DNA of 64,000 bases. It comes from an uncultured Collinsella sp. (lineage in GTDB: Bacteria > Actinomycetota > Coriobacteriia > Coriobacteriales > Coriobacteriaceae). The stretch lies in NCBI GenBank assembly GCA_902478945.1, contig CABSMX010000001.1:841-64840 (forward strand), given 5' to 3'. Positions 34,832-45,527 of the stretch are shown piece after piece; within the stretch, counting starts at the first letter, position 1, and each line of letters opens with the position of its first letter. The notes under the pieces were generated by a model. The model had not been told where the DNA came from and did no database searches. It was given only the letters and a program-made list of their open reading frames with translations. The position numbers and the translations under genes are program-made.

Positions 34832-36023
34832 GACTGCGCTTCGCATGGCGTTCGCGCACCCGTTCTACCTGCTCATCTATACGGTGTTCATCTCGCTCAT
34901 GGGCGTATTCATCGCGGCCTCGGTGAGCTGGAACTCGTCGCAGCTCACCGAGTACAAGCCCTACGACGCCAACGTGATCGTGGTCGACCGCGACGACAGC
35001 GACCTTTCGCGTGCGCTTACCAAGCATCTGGGGTCGCGTTTTGAGCTGGTCACGGGCATCGGCGACGATACGTACGATCTTGCGGACGCGCTCTCCAAGA
35101 GCAATAGCGCCAAGGGCAGCGCCGACTGCGTGTTCTTTATCCCGGAGGGGTTTGAGGGCGACCTTGTTGCAGCCGCCCGCGTGGGGGAGTCCCTGCCCAA
35201 GCTCGATGTGACCTACGGTGCCGGCACCATGGCGGCGGCGCTTTCGTCTGCCGAGGCCTCGCGCTGGATCTCGCTCGCGGGCGCTGCGGCGGCCCTAGAG
35301 CCTGCCGCCTCTAACGGCAGCGTCGCCAAGGCCGCCGAGCATGCCGCCGCAAAGCGCGCGGAGGTCGAGATTGAGCAGGTCAAGGTCGACTCGACTGCCG
35401 CCGCCACACTCGAGTCGTACTTCAACTTTGGCGCGTACGCGATCATCTCGTCGGTCATCGTGTCGGTAGGGCTGGTGTTCTCGGGCATGAGCGAGCCCGA
35501 GCGCGTGCGCCGCATGGAGGCCGGCCCAATCTCCGAGCGCCGGCGTTCGCTCGCCGTGTTTGCGGCCGCCGCCGTGCTTACCGTCTGCATCTGGTTTGTA
35601 TCGAGCATGATGGGCGTCGTGGGCTTTGCCGGCGCGGTCGCCGAGGTCGGTGTGGGCCGTGTGTGCCTGGCGCTGGCGGCGACATTTGCCCTGGCGTGCA
35701 CGCCGCTGGCCGTTGGCTTTGCGCTTTCGAGTCTGGGTGCGCGCGAGGAGCTGCTCAACGGTGTGGGCAACCTGCTTGGCATGCTCATGACGTTTTTGGG
35801 TGGCGCCTGGATGCCGCTGTCGCTCATGGGCTCGGCCGTGCAGACCGTGGCGCATTTTGTGCCGACGTTTTGGGTGAACGACGCGATCGGCAAGGCGCTC
35901 GCCGCGGACCTGACGTCCACCGTGCTGGGCGACATCGCCTGCGATCTGGGCGTCACGGTGCTCTTTGCCGCGGCCATCGCCGCCGTAGGCCTAGCCCTCT
36001 CGCGCACCAAATCCCGTGCTTAG
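34818..36023 (+). CDS. ABC-2 type transporter permease (second subunit)
   Basis: The topology matches the preceding gene. The start at MSTFKTAL overlaps the upstream gene end by 14 nt. Confidence 0.75.
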   Translation: MSTFKTALRMAFAHPFYLLIYTVFISLMGVFIAASVSWNSSQLTEYKPYDANVIVVDRDDSDLSRALTKHLGSRFELVTGIGDDTYDLADALSKSNSAKGSADCVFFIPEGFEGDLVAAARVGESLPKLDVTYGAGTMAAALSSAEASRWISLAGAAAALEPAASNGSVAKAAEHAAAKRAEVEIEQVKVDSTAAATLESYFNFGAYAIISSVIVSVGLVFSGMSEPERVRRMEAGPISERRRSLAVFAAAAVLTVCIWFVSSMMGVVGFAGAVAEVGVGRVCLALAATFALACTPLAVGFALSSLGAREELLNGVGNLLGMLMTFLGGAWMPLSLMGSAVQTVAHFVPTFWVNDAIGKALAADLTSTVLGDIACDLGVTVLFAAAIAAVGLALSRTKSRA

Positions 36024-36027
36024 CCAC

Positions 36028-36058
36028 CTGGTCATTTAAGAACGTCCCCAATGACCAG
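36028..36058. repeat. Conserved-loop hairpin (copy E1)
   Basis: CTGGTCATT-TAAGAACGTCCCC-AATGACCAG, starting 5 nt after the stop codon at 36023. Confidence 0.85.
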
Positions 36059-36151
36059 TCTGAAATAAAGCCCAAGCCTCGCTCCAAAATAGTTCGCCAA
36101 GGTTTACTATTACGCTCATAAAGTAGTACGGGGCTAACAATGGGGGATAGC

Positions 36152-36865
<714 letters not shown>

Positions 36866-36873
36866 GCGGCACC

Positions 36874-39540
36874 ATGACACCTCTCGCAAAACGTCTCCCG
36901 CGCGAGCTGCGCCGCAATATCGGCAAGTACCTGGGCATCTTTTTGCTTATGTGCGGAAGCATCGCCCTTACCTCGGGCTTTTTGCTCGCGGCCCACTCCA
37001 TCGGCTGCCTCATCGACGGCATGCGCGACGAGTACATCATCGAAGACGGCCGCGTGACCACCTCCTTCGAGGCTACCGACAATCAACTCAAAGCAGCCGA
37101 GGGCGCAGCTGACGATGCCGGCGGCGTCACGCTCTACAAGAATTTCTCCATCGACGCCATCATCAAAAAGACCGCCGGCGACGACGGCACCAAGCGCACG
37201 CTGCGCACCTATGCGCACCGCACCAAGGTCGATATCGCGTCCTACTGTGAGGGCAAGGAGCCCAAGGCGGACGACGAGGTAGCAATCGACCGCGTTTTTG
37301 CCACCAACAACGACCTCGCCGTGGGCGATAAGGTCGAGCTCGAGGGGCGCACCTACACCATCTGCGGCATCATGACCCAGCCCGACAGCCAGGCGCTGTT
37401 CCTCAACAATTCGGACTTTACGGTGAACACCATCACCTATGGCGTGGCCGAGGTCACCGACGCCGGCTTTGCCGCGCTCGAGGATGCCGGTGGCGCACCC
37501 GCCTACACCTACTCCTTCACCTTTGCCAATCGCGATCTCTCCACTGCAGACCGCATCGACGCCGAGCAAGATATGGTCGAGGCGCTCACCGATGCCGATG
37601 CGCGCGTGGACGATCTGATCGATGTCGATTCCAATCAGGGCATTGGCTATGCGCGCGACGACGTGGACGGCGACTCCATGATGTGGATGACGCTGCTCGA
37701 CATCATCATCGTGATCATGGCGTTTGTCTTTGTGGTCCTTACCGGCGCCACCATCGAGGAGGAGAGCGCCATCATCGGCACGCTGCTCGCCAGCGGCTAT
37801 CGTCGACGCGAGATCGCCCTGCACTACCTGGCGCTTCCCGCCATCGTGGGTGTGCTCGCGGCGCTTTTGGGCACCGCGCTCGGCATTGCGTTCTTTACCG
37901 AGCCCATGCGCAGCCTGTATTACGGCTCGTACAGCCTGCCGCCCTTCCAGGTGTGCTGGAGCTGGGAGATCTTTGTGAAGTGCGCCGTGGTTCCCGCCGC
38001 CGCGCTCATCCTCATCACGCTGGTGGGCCTGCTTCGCAAAATGGGCAAGACGCCGTTGCAGTTCCTTCGTTACGAGGCGAGCGGCAAATCGGGCACCAAG
38101 CGCGGTATGCAACTGCCGGAGCGCATGGGTTTTGTTTCCCGCTTCCGCCTGCGTATCTTCCTGCGCAACCTGGGCAACTTCGCCACGCTCTTCGTGGGCA
38201 TCGCGTTTGCGTCGCTGCTACTGCTCTTTGGCCTGGCGATTCTGCCCACGATGACGCACTATGCGGACAACCTCGAGACAAGCCTGGTCGCCGAGCACCA
38301 GTACACGCTCAAGGCGCCACTGGAGCTCGAGGGCACTGCCGAGGAGCGTGAGCAGTGGTCAGCACTCGAGCGCTTGCAGTCGGTTGACGGCGCGCTGCTT
38401 TCCGCCGCCCAGGATGCCGATGACGAGCTTGACGACGCGGCCGATGCGGCGCGGGCGGCAGCCGATGCCGCGACCGCATCTCCGTCTGCCGAGAGCCTAA
38501 CCGCAGCGCAGGACGCACTTGCCAAGGTTCAGGACAAGAAGGATGCGCTTTATGCGCGCCTCGATGACCTTGCCGATGCCCTCGGCTGCAACCGCGACGA
38601 GGCTATCGACCTGATCGACAAGGCCTCTAAGATTGACGCTGACAACGACGATATCCACCCGGTCAATACGATCGACAATGGTGCAAGCGCAATCGCGCAG
38701 GCCGAGAAATACGCCGTCTACCAGCTGCAATACGACCGCGGCGATGGAAATGGGCAGGAGACGATTTCCGTCTACGGCATTTCATCCGATTCGCGCTATT
38801 GGAAAGGCCTCAACGTCGGCGACGGACACGTCGTCTTTGGCGGCGGCCTGCTCGACAAGTTTGGCTGGAGCGAGGGGCAGAAGGTCACGTTCCACGACAA
38901 GTATGAGGGCGAGAATTATTCCCTTGAGTATGCGGGCAAGGACTGTGCCTGGGGCTCCAAGTCGGACATGAATATCTATATGAGTATCGAAGACTTTAAC
39001 GAGCTGTTCGACAACGACGCCGCCTACTTTAACGGCTGTGTGAGCGACGAGAAGCTCGACCTCGACGCGCGCTACTTTGCCGGCGACACCACGCCCGACG
39101 ACATGCGCGCCGTGGGCGACCAGTTCATCGGCATGATGAGCAAAATGATCGGCATGATGGTCGGGCTCGCGGTGTTTATCTTCCTGCTGTTTATGTACCT
39201 GCTGACCAAGGCTGTGATCGACCACAGCGCCCGTTCGATTAGCTACATGAAGGTCTTTGGCTATCGCGATGGCGAGATCTCGCATCTGTACATCCGCTCG
39301 ATCACGCTGTGCGTGGTGGCGTCGCTCGTGCTGAGCCTGCCGGTCATTATTGGCTCGCTCACGGCCATCTTCCGCTCGATGTTGCTCGCCTACAACGGCA
39401 ATATCGAGATCTACGTGCCCGCTTGGTCCATGGCGGCGTGCGCAGGAATCGGCTTTGCGACCTACCTGGTCGTGGCACTGCTGCACACGCGCTCCATCAA
39501 GCGCGTCAGCTTGGCCGAAGCCCTCAAAGTGCAGGAGTAG
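36874..39540 (+). CDS. FtsX/MacB-type ABC permease with two FtsX modules and large extracytoplasmic inserts
   Basis: 888 aa. The N-terminal helix and a large loop are followed by 3 TM helices. An acidic coiled insert (DADDELDDAADAARAAADAA..) comes next, then a second loop and 3 more TM helices. This arrangement is typical of peptide/antimicrobial exporters. Confidence 0.8.
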   Translation: MTPLAKRLPRELRRNIGKYLGIFLLMCGSIALTSGFLLAAHSIGCLIDGMRDEYIIEDGRVTTSFEATDNQLKAAEGAADDAGGVTLYKNFSIDAIIKKTAGDDGTKRTLRTYAHRTKVDIASYCEGKEPKADDEVAIDRVFATNNDLAVGDKVELEGRTYTICGIMTQPDSQALFLNNSDFTVNTITYGVAEVTDAGFAALEDAGGAPAYTYSFTFANRDLSTADRIDAEQDMVEALTDADARVDDLIDVDSNQGIGYARDDVDGDSMMWMTLLDIIIVIMAFVFVVLTGATIEEESAIIGTLLASGYRRREIALHYLALPAIVGVLAALLGTALGIAFFTEPMRSLYYGSYSLPPFQVCWSWEIFVKCAVVPAAALILITLVGLLRKMGKTPLQFLRYEASGKSGTKRGMQLPERMGFVSRFRLRIFLRNLGNFATLFVGIAFASLLLLFGLAILPTMTHYADNLETSLVAEHQYTLKAPLELEGTAEEREQWSALERLQSVDGALLSAAQDADDELDDAADAARAAADAATASPSAESLTAAQDALAKVQDKKDALYARLDDLADALGCNRDEAIDLIDKASKIDADNDDIHPVNTIDNGASAIAQAEKYAVYQLQYDRGDGNGQETISVYGISSDSRYWKGLNVGDGHVVFGGGLLDKFGWSEGQKVTFHDKYEGENYSLEYAGKDCAWGSKSDMNIYMSIEDFNELFDNDAAYFNGCVSDEKLDLDARYFAGDTTPDDMRAVGDQFIGMMSKMIGMMVGLAVFIFLLFMYLLTKAVIDHSARSISYMKVFGYRDGEISHLYIRSITLCVVASLVLSLPVIIGSLTAIFRSMLLAYNGNIEIYVPAWSMAACAGIGFATYLVVALLHTRSIKRVSLAEALKVQE

Positions 39541-39545
39541 CCATC

Positions 39546-39601
39546 GGGGACAGTCCTTGCCATTCGTCGGCTCGCCGGCCGGGCTGGCAAGGACTGTCTC
39601 C
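39546..39601. terminator. 17-bp stem hairpin after the FtsX permease gene
   Basis: GGGGACAGTCCTTGCCA ... TGGCAAGGACTGTCTCC (one mismatch). No clear U-tract follows. Confidence 0.45.
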
Positions 39602-39633
39602 AACTGCCGGGCGGCGAAAGAGTGTCCCTTGCG

Positions 39634-39665
39634 ACTAGTCATTTAAGAACGTTCCCAATGACTAG
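39634..39665. repeat. Conserved-loop hairpin (copy E2)
   Basis: ACTAGTCATT-TAAGAACGTTCCC-AATGACTAGG. Confidence 0.85.
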
Positions 39666-39747
39666 GTGCCGTACTTGACTTTAACTCTGCTTTAACTGGT
39701 ACCATCCTCTATGTCTGTAACGCCATATAGACCGAGGGGATAGATCT

Positions 39748-40953
39748 ATGACCGCAACTACACCCGCAGCACCCGCTAAGGTGTACTTCACCAACCTGCG
39801 CACGCATGCTCGCGAGAGCCAGCTCGACAAGCTCAAGCGCCTCATCCGTCACGCCGGTATCGAGCAGATCGACTTTGAGAACAAGTTCGTCGCCATCAAG
39901 ATTCACTTTGGCGAGCTGGGCAACCTGAGCTTTTTGCGCCCCAACTACGCCCGCGCCGTCGCGGACGTCGTGAAGGAGCTGGGCGGCAAGCCCTTCCTCA
40001 CCGACTGCAATACGCTCTATGTCGGTAGCCGCAAAAACGCGCTCGAGCACATCGATACCGCCTACCAGAACGGCTTTACCCCGTATGCTACGGGTTGCCA
40101 GATCATCATTGCCGACGGTCTCAAGGGCACCGACGAGGCGCTCGTCCCGGTCGAGGGCGGCGAGTACGTGCACGAGGCCAAGATCGGTCAGGCGCTCATG
40201 GACGCCGACATTGTGATCAGCCTCACCCACTTTAAGGGCCATGAGCAGGCCGGTTTTGGCGGCGCCATGAAGAACCTGGGCATGGGAGGCGGCAGCCGTG
40301 CCGGCAAGATGGAGCAGCATGCCGCTGGCAAGCCGAACGTCGCGACCGAGCACTGCGTTGGCTGCCGTGCCTGCGAAAAGATCTGCGCGCACAACGCCAT
40401 CTCGTTTGACGATACCCGCGAGCGCGAGCTTGCCAGCGGCAACACTCGCACGGTGCACGTGGCTGCCATCGACCACGATCGCTGCGTGGGCTGCGGACGC
40501 TGCATTGCGGCATGCAACCAGGACTGCATCAAGCCCGGCTATGAGGCCGCGGCCGACGTGCTCAACTGCAAGATCGCCGAGTACACCAAGGCCGTTGTCC
40601 AGGATCGTCCCAGCTTCCACATTTCGCTGGCTATGGATATCAGCCCCAACTGCGATTGCCATCCCGAAAACGACACGCCTATCGTCAACGATATCGGCAT
40701 GTTCGCGAGCTTCGACCCGGTCGCCATCGACCAGGCCTGCGCCGATGCCGTCATGGCATCCGAGCCGCTGCCCAACACCGAGCTCACCGATAGCGCCGCC
40801 AAGATGGAGCATAACCACGAGCATCTGGAGGGCGAGCAGGCCAAGGACCCCTTCTGCATCACGCATCCCGACACCGACTGGCGCACCTGTATCGCACACG
40901 CCGAGAAGATCGGCCTGGGCACGAGCAAGTACGAGCTCATCGAGGTCAAGTAG
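39748..40953 (+). CDS. DUF362 domain protein with 2x[4Fe-4S] ferredoxin insert
   Basis: The N-terminus KVYFTNLR...FVAIKIHFGELGN..RPNY is typical of DUF362. Two cluster motifs are present: CVGCRACEKIC and CVGCGRCIAAC. Confidence 0.75.
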   Translation: MTATTPAAPAKVYFTNLRTHARESQLDKLKRLIRHAGIEQIDFENKFVAIKIHFGELGNLSFLRPNYARAVADVVKELGGKPFLTDCNTLYVGSRKNALEHIDTAYQNGFTPYATGCQIIIADGLKGTDEALVPVEGGEYVHEAKIGQALMDADIVISLTHFKGHEQAGFGGAMKNLGMGGGSRAGKMEQHAAGKPNVATEHCVGCRACEKICAHNAISFDDTRERELASGNTRTVHVAAIDHDRCVGCGRCIAACNQDCIKPGYEAAADVLNCKIAEYTKAVVQDRPSFHISLAMDISPNCDCHPENDTPIVNDIGMFASFDPVAIDQACADAVMASEPLPNTELTDSAAKMEHNHEHLEGEQAKDPFCITHPDTDWRTCIAHAEKIGLGTSKYELIEVK

Positions 40954-41000
40954 CGTCGTCCTATTGGATAAAGAACGCGATTTTGTTGCGTAACTCAATC

Positions 41001-41039
41001 AAAAACCGCCTGTGAGCACGGTGCTCGCAGGCGGTTTTT
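41001..41039. terminator. Bidirectional intrinsic terminator between convergent genes
   Basis: AAAAACCGCCTGTGAGCAC-GGTGCTCGCAGGCGGTTTTT has an A-tract and a T-tract flanking a GC-rich stem. Confidence 0.8.
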
Positions 41040-41163
41040 CGGAAGTATGCGGCAAATTCTGAGACTGCCGAGCACACGACGTTTTTTGACAACAAAACCC
41101 CTGATAAATTGTTGGTAAAACTGCGGTCTGGTTGGCAGTTCCGGATTTTGCCGCATACTTCCG
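41040..41163. mobile_element. 124-bp element bounded by 17-bp perfect inverted repeats (MITE-like)
   Basis: CGGAAGTATGCGGCAAA (41040-41056) pairs with TTTGCCGCATACTTCCG (41147-41163). The interior is AT-richer and non-coding. Confidence 0.5.
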
Positions 41164-41203
41164 AAAATAGGGGTTAGATAAATCCCTAGACGCCGCTTTT
41201 TCC

Positions 41204-42169
41204 CTAAAAATACTCGTCGAGGAAGTTGTTGACTGTGTTCCAGTAGAGCTCGGGGTCAACTTGCGCACTCTTGGCGTGGGTGGCGCCATGGATGGTGAGC
41301 TTTTGCTTGACCTTGCTGGCGCACGCCTCGTAGTTTTGGTCGAGCATACTGTACGGCACAAAGGTGTCCTGGTCGCCGTGGATAAACAGCATGGGAACCG
41401 TCGCGTGTTTGAGTTGCTCCACACTGCTCGCCTTATGAAAGTCGTAGCCCGCGCGCACGTTGCACACCAAGTTTGCTACATCGAGCAAGGGAAAGCTGGG
41501 CAGGCCGAACACATCCTTGAGCTGCAGGGAAAACTCGTCCCAAACGCTCGTATAACCGCAGTCCTCGATAATGCATTTCACGTTTGCGGGCAGAGATTCC
41601 CCCGCGACGTTCATGGCGGTTGCTGCACCCATCGACTCGCCAAAGACCAGGATGCGCGCCTCGGGGTCAGCCTGAACGATCCGCCCAATCCATGTAACAA
41701 CATCGAGCCGCTCGGGCCAGCCCATGCCGATATAGTCGCCGCCGGAGCGCTCGTGGGCGCGGGCGGCAGGCGCGAGCACGTTCATGCCGCGGTCGTGGAA
41801 TCGTTTGACGTATCGGGCCATACCGATGGGCTCGTTAGTATATCCATGCAGGCAGACGGCGTAGTCGTGCGTGCTCTCCGACGCAGCAAAATACCAGGCG
41901 GCAAGCTCGGTCCCGTCGTCCGCGGTGAGGTTGCTGCTCTCGCGGTTTTCCTTAAACCACGCCCGCGCTTCGGTGTCCTCGGCATCCGGCTGCTCACCTT
42001 CTTTGTCGTTCTTGCTATCCTGCATCATCTTCATGGTGTACGGCGCTTGGGGGTTCAGGGCAAAGTCAAACAAAAAGTTGCCGGCAAATCCGAGCAACGT
42101 GACAACGAGTGCCAGCGCAACAACGACGGTTATCTTGAGCTTTCGATGGGAACGTGCGTTTTGAGACAT
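41204..42169 (-). CDS. Membrane-anchored alpha/beta-fold hydrolase
   Basis: It has an N-terminal TM helix, the nucleophile elbow GESMG and the downstream motifs HGDQD and GATH. Confidence 0.8.
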   Translation of the reverse strand: MSQNARSHRKLKITVVVALALVVTLLGFAGNFLFDFALNPQAPYTMKMMQDSKNDKEGEQPDAEDTEARAWFKENRESSNLTADDGTELAAWYFAASESTHDYAVCLHGYTNEPIGMARYVKRFHDRGMNVLAPAARAHERSGGDYIGMGWPERLDVVTWIGRIVQADPEARILVFGESMGAATAMNVAGESLPANVKCIIEDCGYTSVWDEFSLQLKDVFGLPSFPLLDVANLVCNVRAGYDFHKASSVEQLKHATVPMLFIHGDQDTFVPYSMLDQNYEACASKVKQKLTIHGATHAKSAQVDPELYWNTVNNFLDEYF

Positions 42170-42187
42170 TTGCGGTTCTCCTTAAAG

Positions 42188-42248
42188 ATGTTGATACATC
42201 AACATTTAAAACAAGCGCATTATGGATGTTCGCCGTTGATGCGTCAAC
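42188..42248. promoter_or_regulatory. Two related palindromes in the divergent promoter region
   Basis: ATGTTGATACATCAACAT (42188-42205) and GTTGATGCGTCAAC (42235-42248) have centres 45 bp apart. They lie in an AT-rich intergenic region between divergent genes. Confidence 0.45.
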
Positions 42249-42355
42249 AGGCAAAGAATGGGTAAACAAAGGGCCACATATGGTGCAAATTTCGCACGTA
42301 CCCAGACGCTTTGATATAGTGTTGAGAACTATTTACATTGGAGGATGTAACCGGC

Positions 42356-43039
42356 ATGTCCGATTCGAGCGACAGTTCCAAGCCGCGACCTGGGGCCGCG
42401 GCCGTTCCGCACTACACGGTGGGCGAGGAGATCATGAACTCCGTCACCCATGGTGTCGGTTGCCTGCTGGGCATCGCAGGCCTTGTGCTCCTGATCGTAT
42501 TTGCCGCTCTTCGCGGTGGCGGTCCGGCGCATATGGCCGCGGCAATCGTCTACGGCGCCAGCATTATTCTCGAATACCTTGCCTCCACGCTCTACCATGC
42601 GATTCAGCCCGCGGGCGCCAAGCGCGTGTTTCGCATTATCGACCACAGCTGCATCTACCTGCTCATTGCCGGCAGCTATACGCCGTTTTGCCTCATCACG
42701 CTGGCAAACGACGGTGGCCCCGTGCTGTTTTTTGCCGTATGGGCCATCGCCATTATCGGCATCGCCCTCGAGTGCTTTTTGCGCGAGCGTCAGCCGCACT
42801 GGGTAAGCGGCCTGGTCTATCTGCTGATGGGCTGGCTCGTCGTTTTTAAGCTGCCCGAGCTCGTGTCGCTGCTCAACCCCGTGGCACTTGCCCTGCTCGC
42901 TGTCGGCGGCGTGTGCTACACCGTGGGCGTGCCGTTCTACATCGCCAAAAACGTGCGCTACCTGCACAGTGTGTTTCACCTGTGGGTGCTCGCCGGCAGT
43001 ATCTTCCAGTTCATGGCGGTGATCCTCTTCGTAATCTAG
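42356..43039 (+). CDS. Hemolysin III / PAQR family membrane protein
   Basis: Seven predicted TM helices. EEIMNSVTHGVG, STLYHA, DHSCIYLLIAGSYTPF and HLWVLAGS match the HlyIII family. GGAGGA lies 10 nt upstream of the ATG. Confidence 0.85.
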   Translation: MSDSSDSSKPRPGAAAVPHYTVGEEIMNSVTHGVGCLLGIAGLVLLIVFAALRGGGPAHMAAAIVYGASIILEYLASTLYHAIQPAGAKRVFRIIDHSCIYLLIAGSYTPFCLITLANDGGPVLFFAVWAIAIIGIALECFLRERQPHWVSGLVYLLMGWLVVFKLPELVSLLNPVALALLAVGGVCYTVGVPFYIAKNVRYLHSVFHLWVLAGSIFQFMAVILFVI

Positions 43040-43153
43040 CGATCGCGTCTGTGCCCGCGGACCTATCCAAGCGGCCGCCGGGCGCAACTGCCCTATCCGT
43101 CATCTACGCTTACTACCTAACGTCCCGAATCTTGGAGGTTCGAGAAACTCCCG

Positions 43154-44527
43154 ATGGACATAACCATCTCCCTTATCACTACCCTCGTTTTGACTCTCAT
43201 CAACGGCTACTTCTCTATGTCTGAGATGGCGCTCACCACGGCCAAGCGCGCCGTGCTGGAGCACGAGGCCGAGGAGGGCGACAAGCGCGCCGAGCGCGCC
43301 ATTAAGCTGGCTGCCGACTCCGACCAGCTGCTCGCCACCATCCAGGTTGCCATCACGCTCGTGGGCTTTGCCTCGTCCGCCGTCGCCTCGACGAGCCTGT
43401 CCGACCCGCTCGCCGCTTGGCTCACGAGCTTTGGCATCGCGCCGCTCTCCGCCATCGCGCGCGGCCTGGCGCCGGTCATCATCACCGTCGCGGTCGCCTT
43501 CGTGTCCATCGTGATTGGCGAGCTGGTGCCCAAGCGCATTGGTCTGGCCAATGCCGAAGGCGTGTCCAAGCAGGTCGTGGGGCCGCTTTCCGTGTTCCAA
43601 AAGATCGCCCGTCCGCTCGTGTGGCTGACCGGCGCCTGCTCCGATGGTCTGGCTCGCATCCTGCGCATCAAGAGTGCCGACGATCGCCAGAACGTCTCGG
43701 AGGAAGAAATCAAGTACATGGTCTCGGAGCAGGACGACCTGCTCGACGAGGAAAAGCGCATGATCCACGAGATCTTCGACCTGGGCGACACCGTTGCCCG
43801 CGAGGTCATGGTGCCGCGCGTGGACACCACCATGTGCGAGGACGACGAGACGGTCGCCGACGTGCTGTCCACCATGCGCCAGACCGGCTTTAGCCGCATT
43901 CCCGTCTATCACGAGGATCCCGACAACGTCGCGGGCATCGCGCACATCAAGGACCTGATTCAGCCCGCGCTCGACGGCAAGGGCGACCAGCCCATCGCCG
44001 GCTTTTTGCGCGACGCCACCTTTGTGCCCGACACCAAGGACATCCTGCCGCTGCTGTCCGAGATGCAGACCTCGCACGACCAGATCGTGGTGGTCGTGGA
44101 CGAGTACGGCGGCACGGCCGGCATTATCACTATCGAGGACATCGTCGAGGAGATCGTCGGCGAGATCGAGGACGAGTTCGACCCCGACAACAAGTATCTC
44201 ACGCGCCTTTCGCGCCGCGAGTGGCTCGTTGATGGGCGTTTTTCGTGCGATGACGCGATTGAGCTTGGTTGGCCGCTTGAGGAAAGCGATGATTATGAGA
44301 CCATCGCCGGCTGGATTTTGGAGCTTTGCGACTCGGTGCCCGACATCGGAGAGGTGTTTGAGGTCGCGGGGTACAAGTTCAAGGTGCAGTCGATGCGTGG
44401 CCAGCGCATCTCGCTCATTCGCGTGATTGCTCCGGCCGAAACCGATAAGAAGGATTCCGAGTCTTCGGTAGACGAGCCGACGACGCCGGGTGCGGGTTCC
44501 GCGAATCCGCACGACGGCGACGAGTAG
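43154..44527 (+). CDS. CNNM/DUF21-CBS-CorC_HlyC family protein (TlyC/CorB-like)
   Basis: The DUF21 membrane domain is followed by a CBS pair (VMVPRVD.., IPVYHEDPDNVAGIAHIKDL, VVVVDEYGGTAGIITIEDIVEEIVGEI) and a CorC_HlyC C-terminal domain. Confidence 0.9.
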   Translation: MDITISLITTLVLTLINGYFSMSEMALTTAKRAVLEHEAEEGDKRAERAIKLAADSDQLLATIQVAITLVGFASSAVASTSLSDPLAAWLTSFGIAPLSAIARGLAPVIITVAVAFVSIVIGELVPKRIGLANAEGVSKQVVGPLSVFQKIARPLVWLTGACSDGLARILRIKSADDRQNVSEEEIKYMVSEQDDLLDEEKRMIHEIFDLGDTVAREVMVPRVDTTMCEDDETVADVLSTMRQTGFSRIPVYHEDPDNVAGIAHIKDLIQPALDGKGDQPIAGFLRDATFVPDTKDILPLLSEMQTSHDQIVVVVDEYGGTAGIITIEDIVEEIVGEIEDEFDPDNKYLTRLSRREWLVDGRFSCDDAIELGWPLEESDDYETIAGWILELCDSVPDIGEVFEVAGYKFKVQSMRGQRISLIRVIAPAETDKKDSESSVDEPTTPGAGSANPHDGDE

Positions 44528-44551
44528 GACAAGGAAGAGTAGGGGAGAGTT

Positions 44552-45397
44552 ATGGCAGGCCTGTTCAACATCCTTAAGGTCACCGTCAGCGAGGACAAGA
44601 TCTGCGCGCATGTGCTGGTGAACCCCGGCATGCCGCTCATGACCTCGGAGGACATCGAGGCCACGGCGCGCGTGTACTACCTGGTGCCGGCGATTGCCAA
44701 GCACCTGTGCCTGGGCGATTCCGGTCGCGAGTTCCAGGACTGCATGGGCCAGACCGAGCTCTGCCACCTGCTGGAGCACGTGACGGTTGAGCTCATGAAC
44801 GAGACCGGTCTTGCCGGTAGCATCTCGTGCGGCCGCACGCGCGTAAGCGAGCACGACGAGCGCGTCTTTGAGGTCGAGCTTTCGTGCCCCGACGACGCGC
44901 TGGCCATCGGCGCGCTGTCTTCGGCCACCTTTATGATGGACTGGGCCTATCTGCACGCCGACCAGCCTGCCCCTGACGTGGAAGGCACGGTCGCGGGCCT
45001 GCGCAACCTGGTGCTGGGCATGCGTGCCGAGGCCGAGGGCAAAGATCCGCACGAGGCCGTCGCCGCCGCGAATGGCGAGGGCGTGGCAGAGGATGCTGTT
45101 GAGGACGACGCCGCTGTTGACGGTGAAACCGCCGCCGAGCCCGTTTCCGATACGGTCGCCGGGCCTGAGTCCGAGCCTGCCGAACACCAGGGCGTTCCCA
45201 GTTTTGACGACGAGCCGCAGGTGGCTATTGATACCGAAGGCGCGACCGTCGAGAGCCACGAGGTCCCCGCTGCCGTCTTTGGCGGTGCGGCAACGGTTCC
45301 GGCAGGACCTGCGCACGAGGGCAGCCTGCCGCTCGTGGACGGCTCCGGCGAGGACCCTGCCGCCACGGTGGCCATGCCGGCCCTGCCGCAGGAGTAA
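44552..45397 (+). CDS. Hypothetical protein; N-terminal part faintly resembles the cyanophycin-synthetase N-domain; acidic disordered tail
   Basis: Codon usage is coding-like and spacing to the upstream gene is tight. CHLLEHVTVELMNETG recalls the HxxEHVALELQ segment of CphA N-domains. This similarity is weak and recalled from memory only. Confidence 0.45.
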   Translation: MAGLFNILKVTVSEDKICAHVLVNPGMPLMTSEDIEATARVYYLVPAIAKHLCLGDSGREFQDCMGQTELCHLLEHVTVELMNETGLAGSISCGRTRVSEHDERVFEVELSCPDDALAIGALSSATFMMDWAYLHADQPAPDVEGTVAGLRNLVLGMRAEAEGKDPHEAVAAANGEGVAEDAVEDDAAVDGETAAEPVSDTVAGPESEPAEHQGVPSFDDEPQVAIDTEGATVESHEVPAAVFGGAATVPAGPAHEGSLPLVDGSGEDPAATVAMPALPQE

Positions 45398-45527
45398 GCT
45401 CACGCGTTTATCACCGCCGTCTACCTGCGCTTTTACCGTACGCAGATGAGCGGGGCGGCAAGTGTTGCGCTGCGGGTATAATGGACAGCATTCAAACGGT
45501 GGGCACCGAGGTGCCCGCAGGAGAGGA

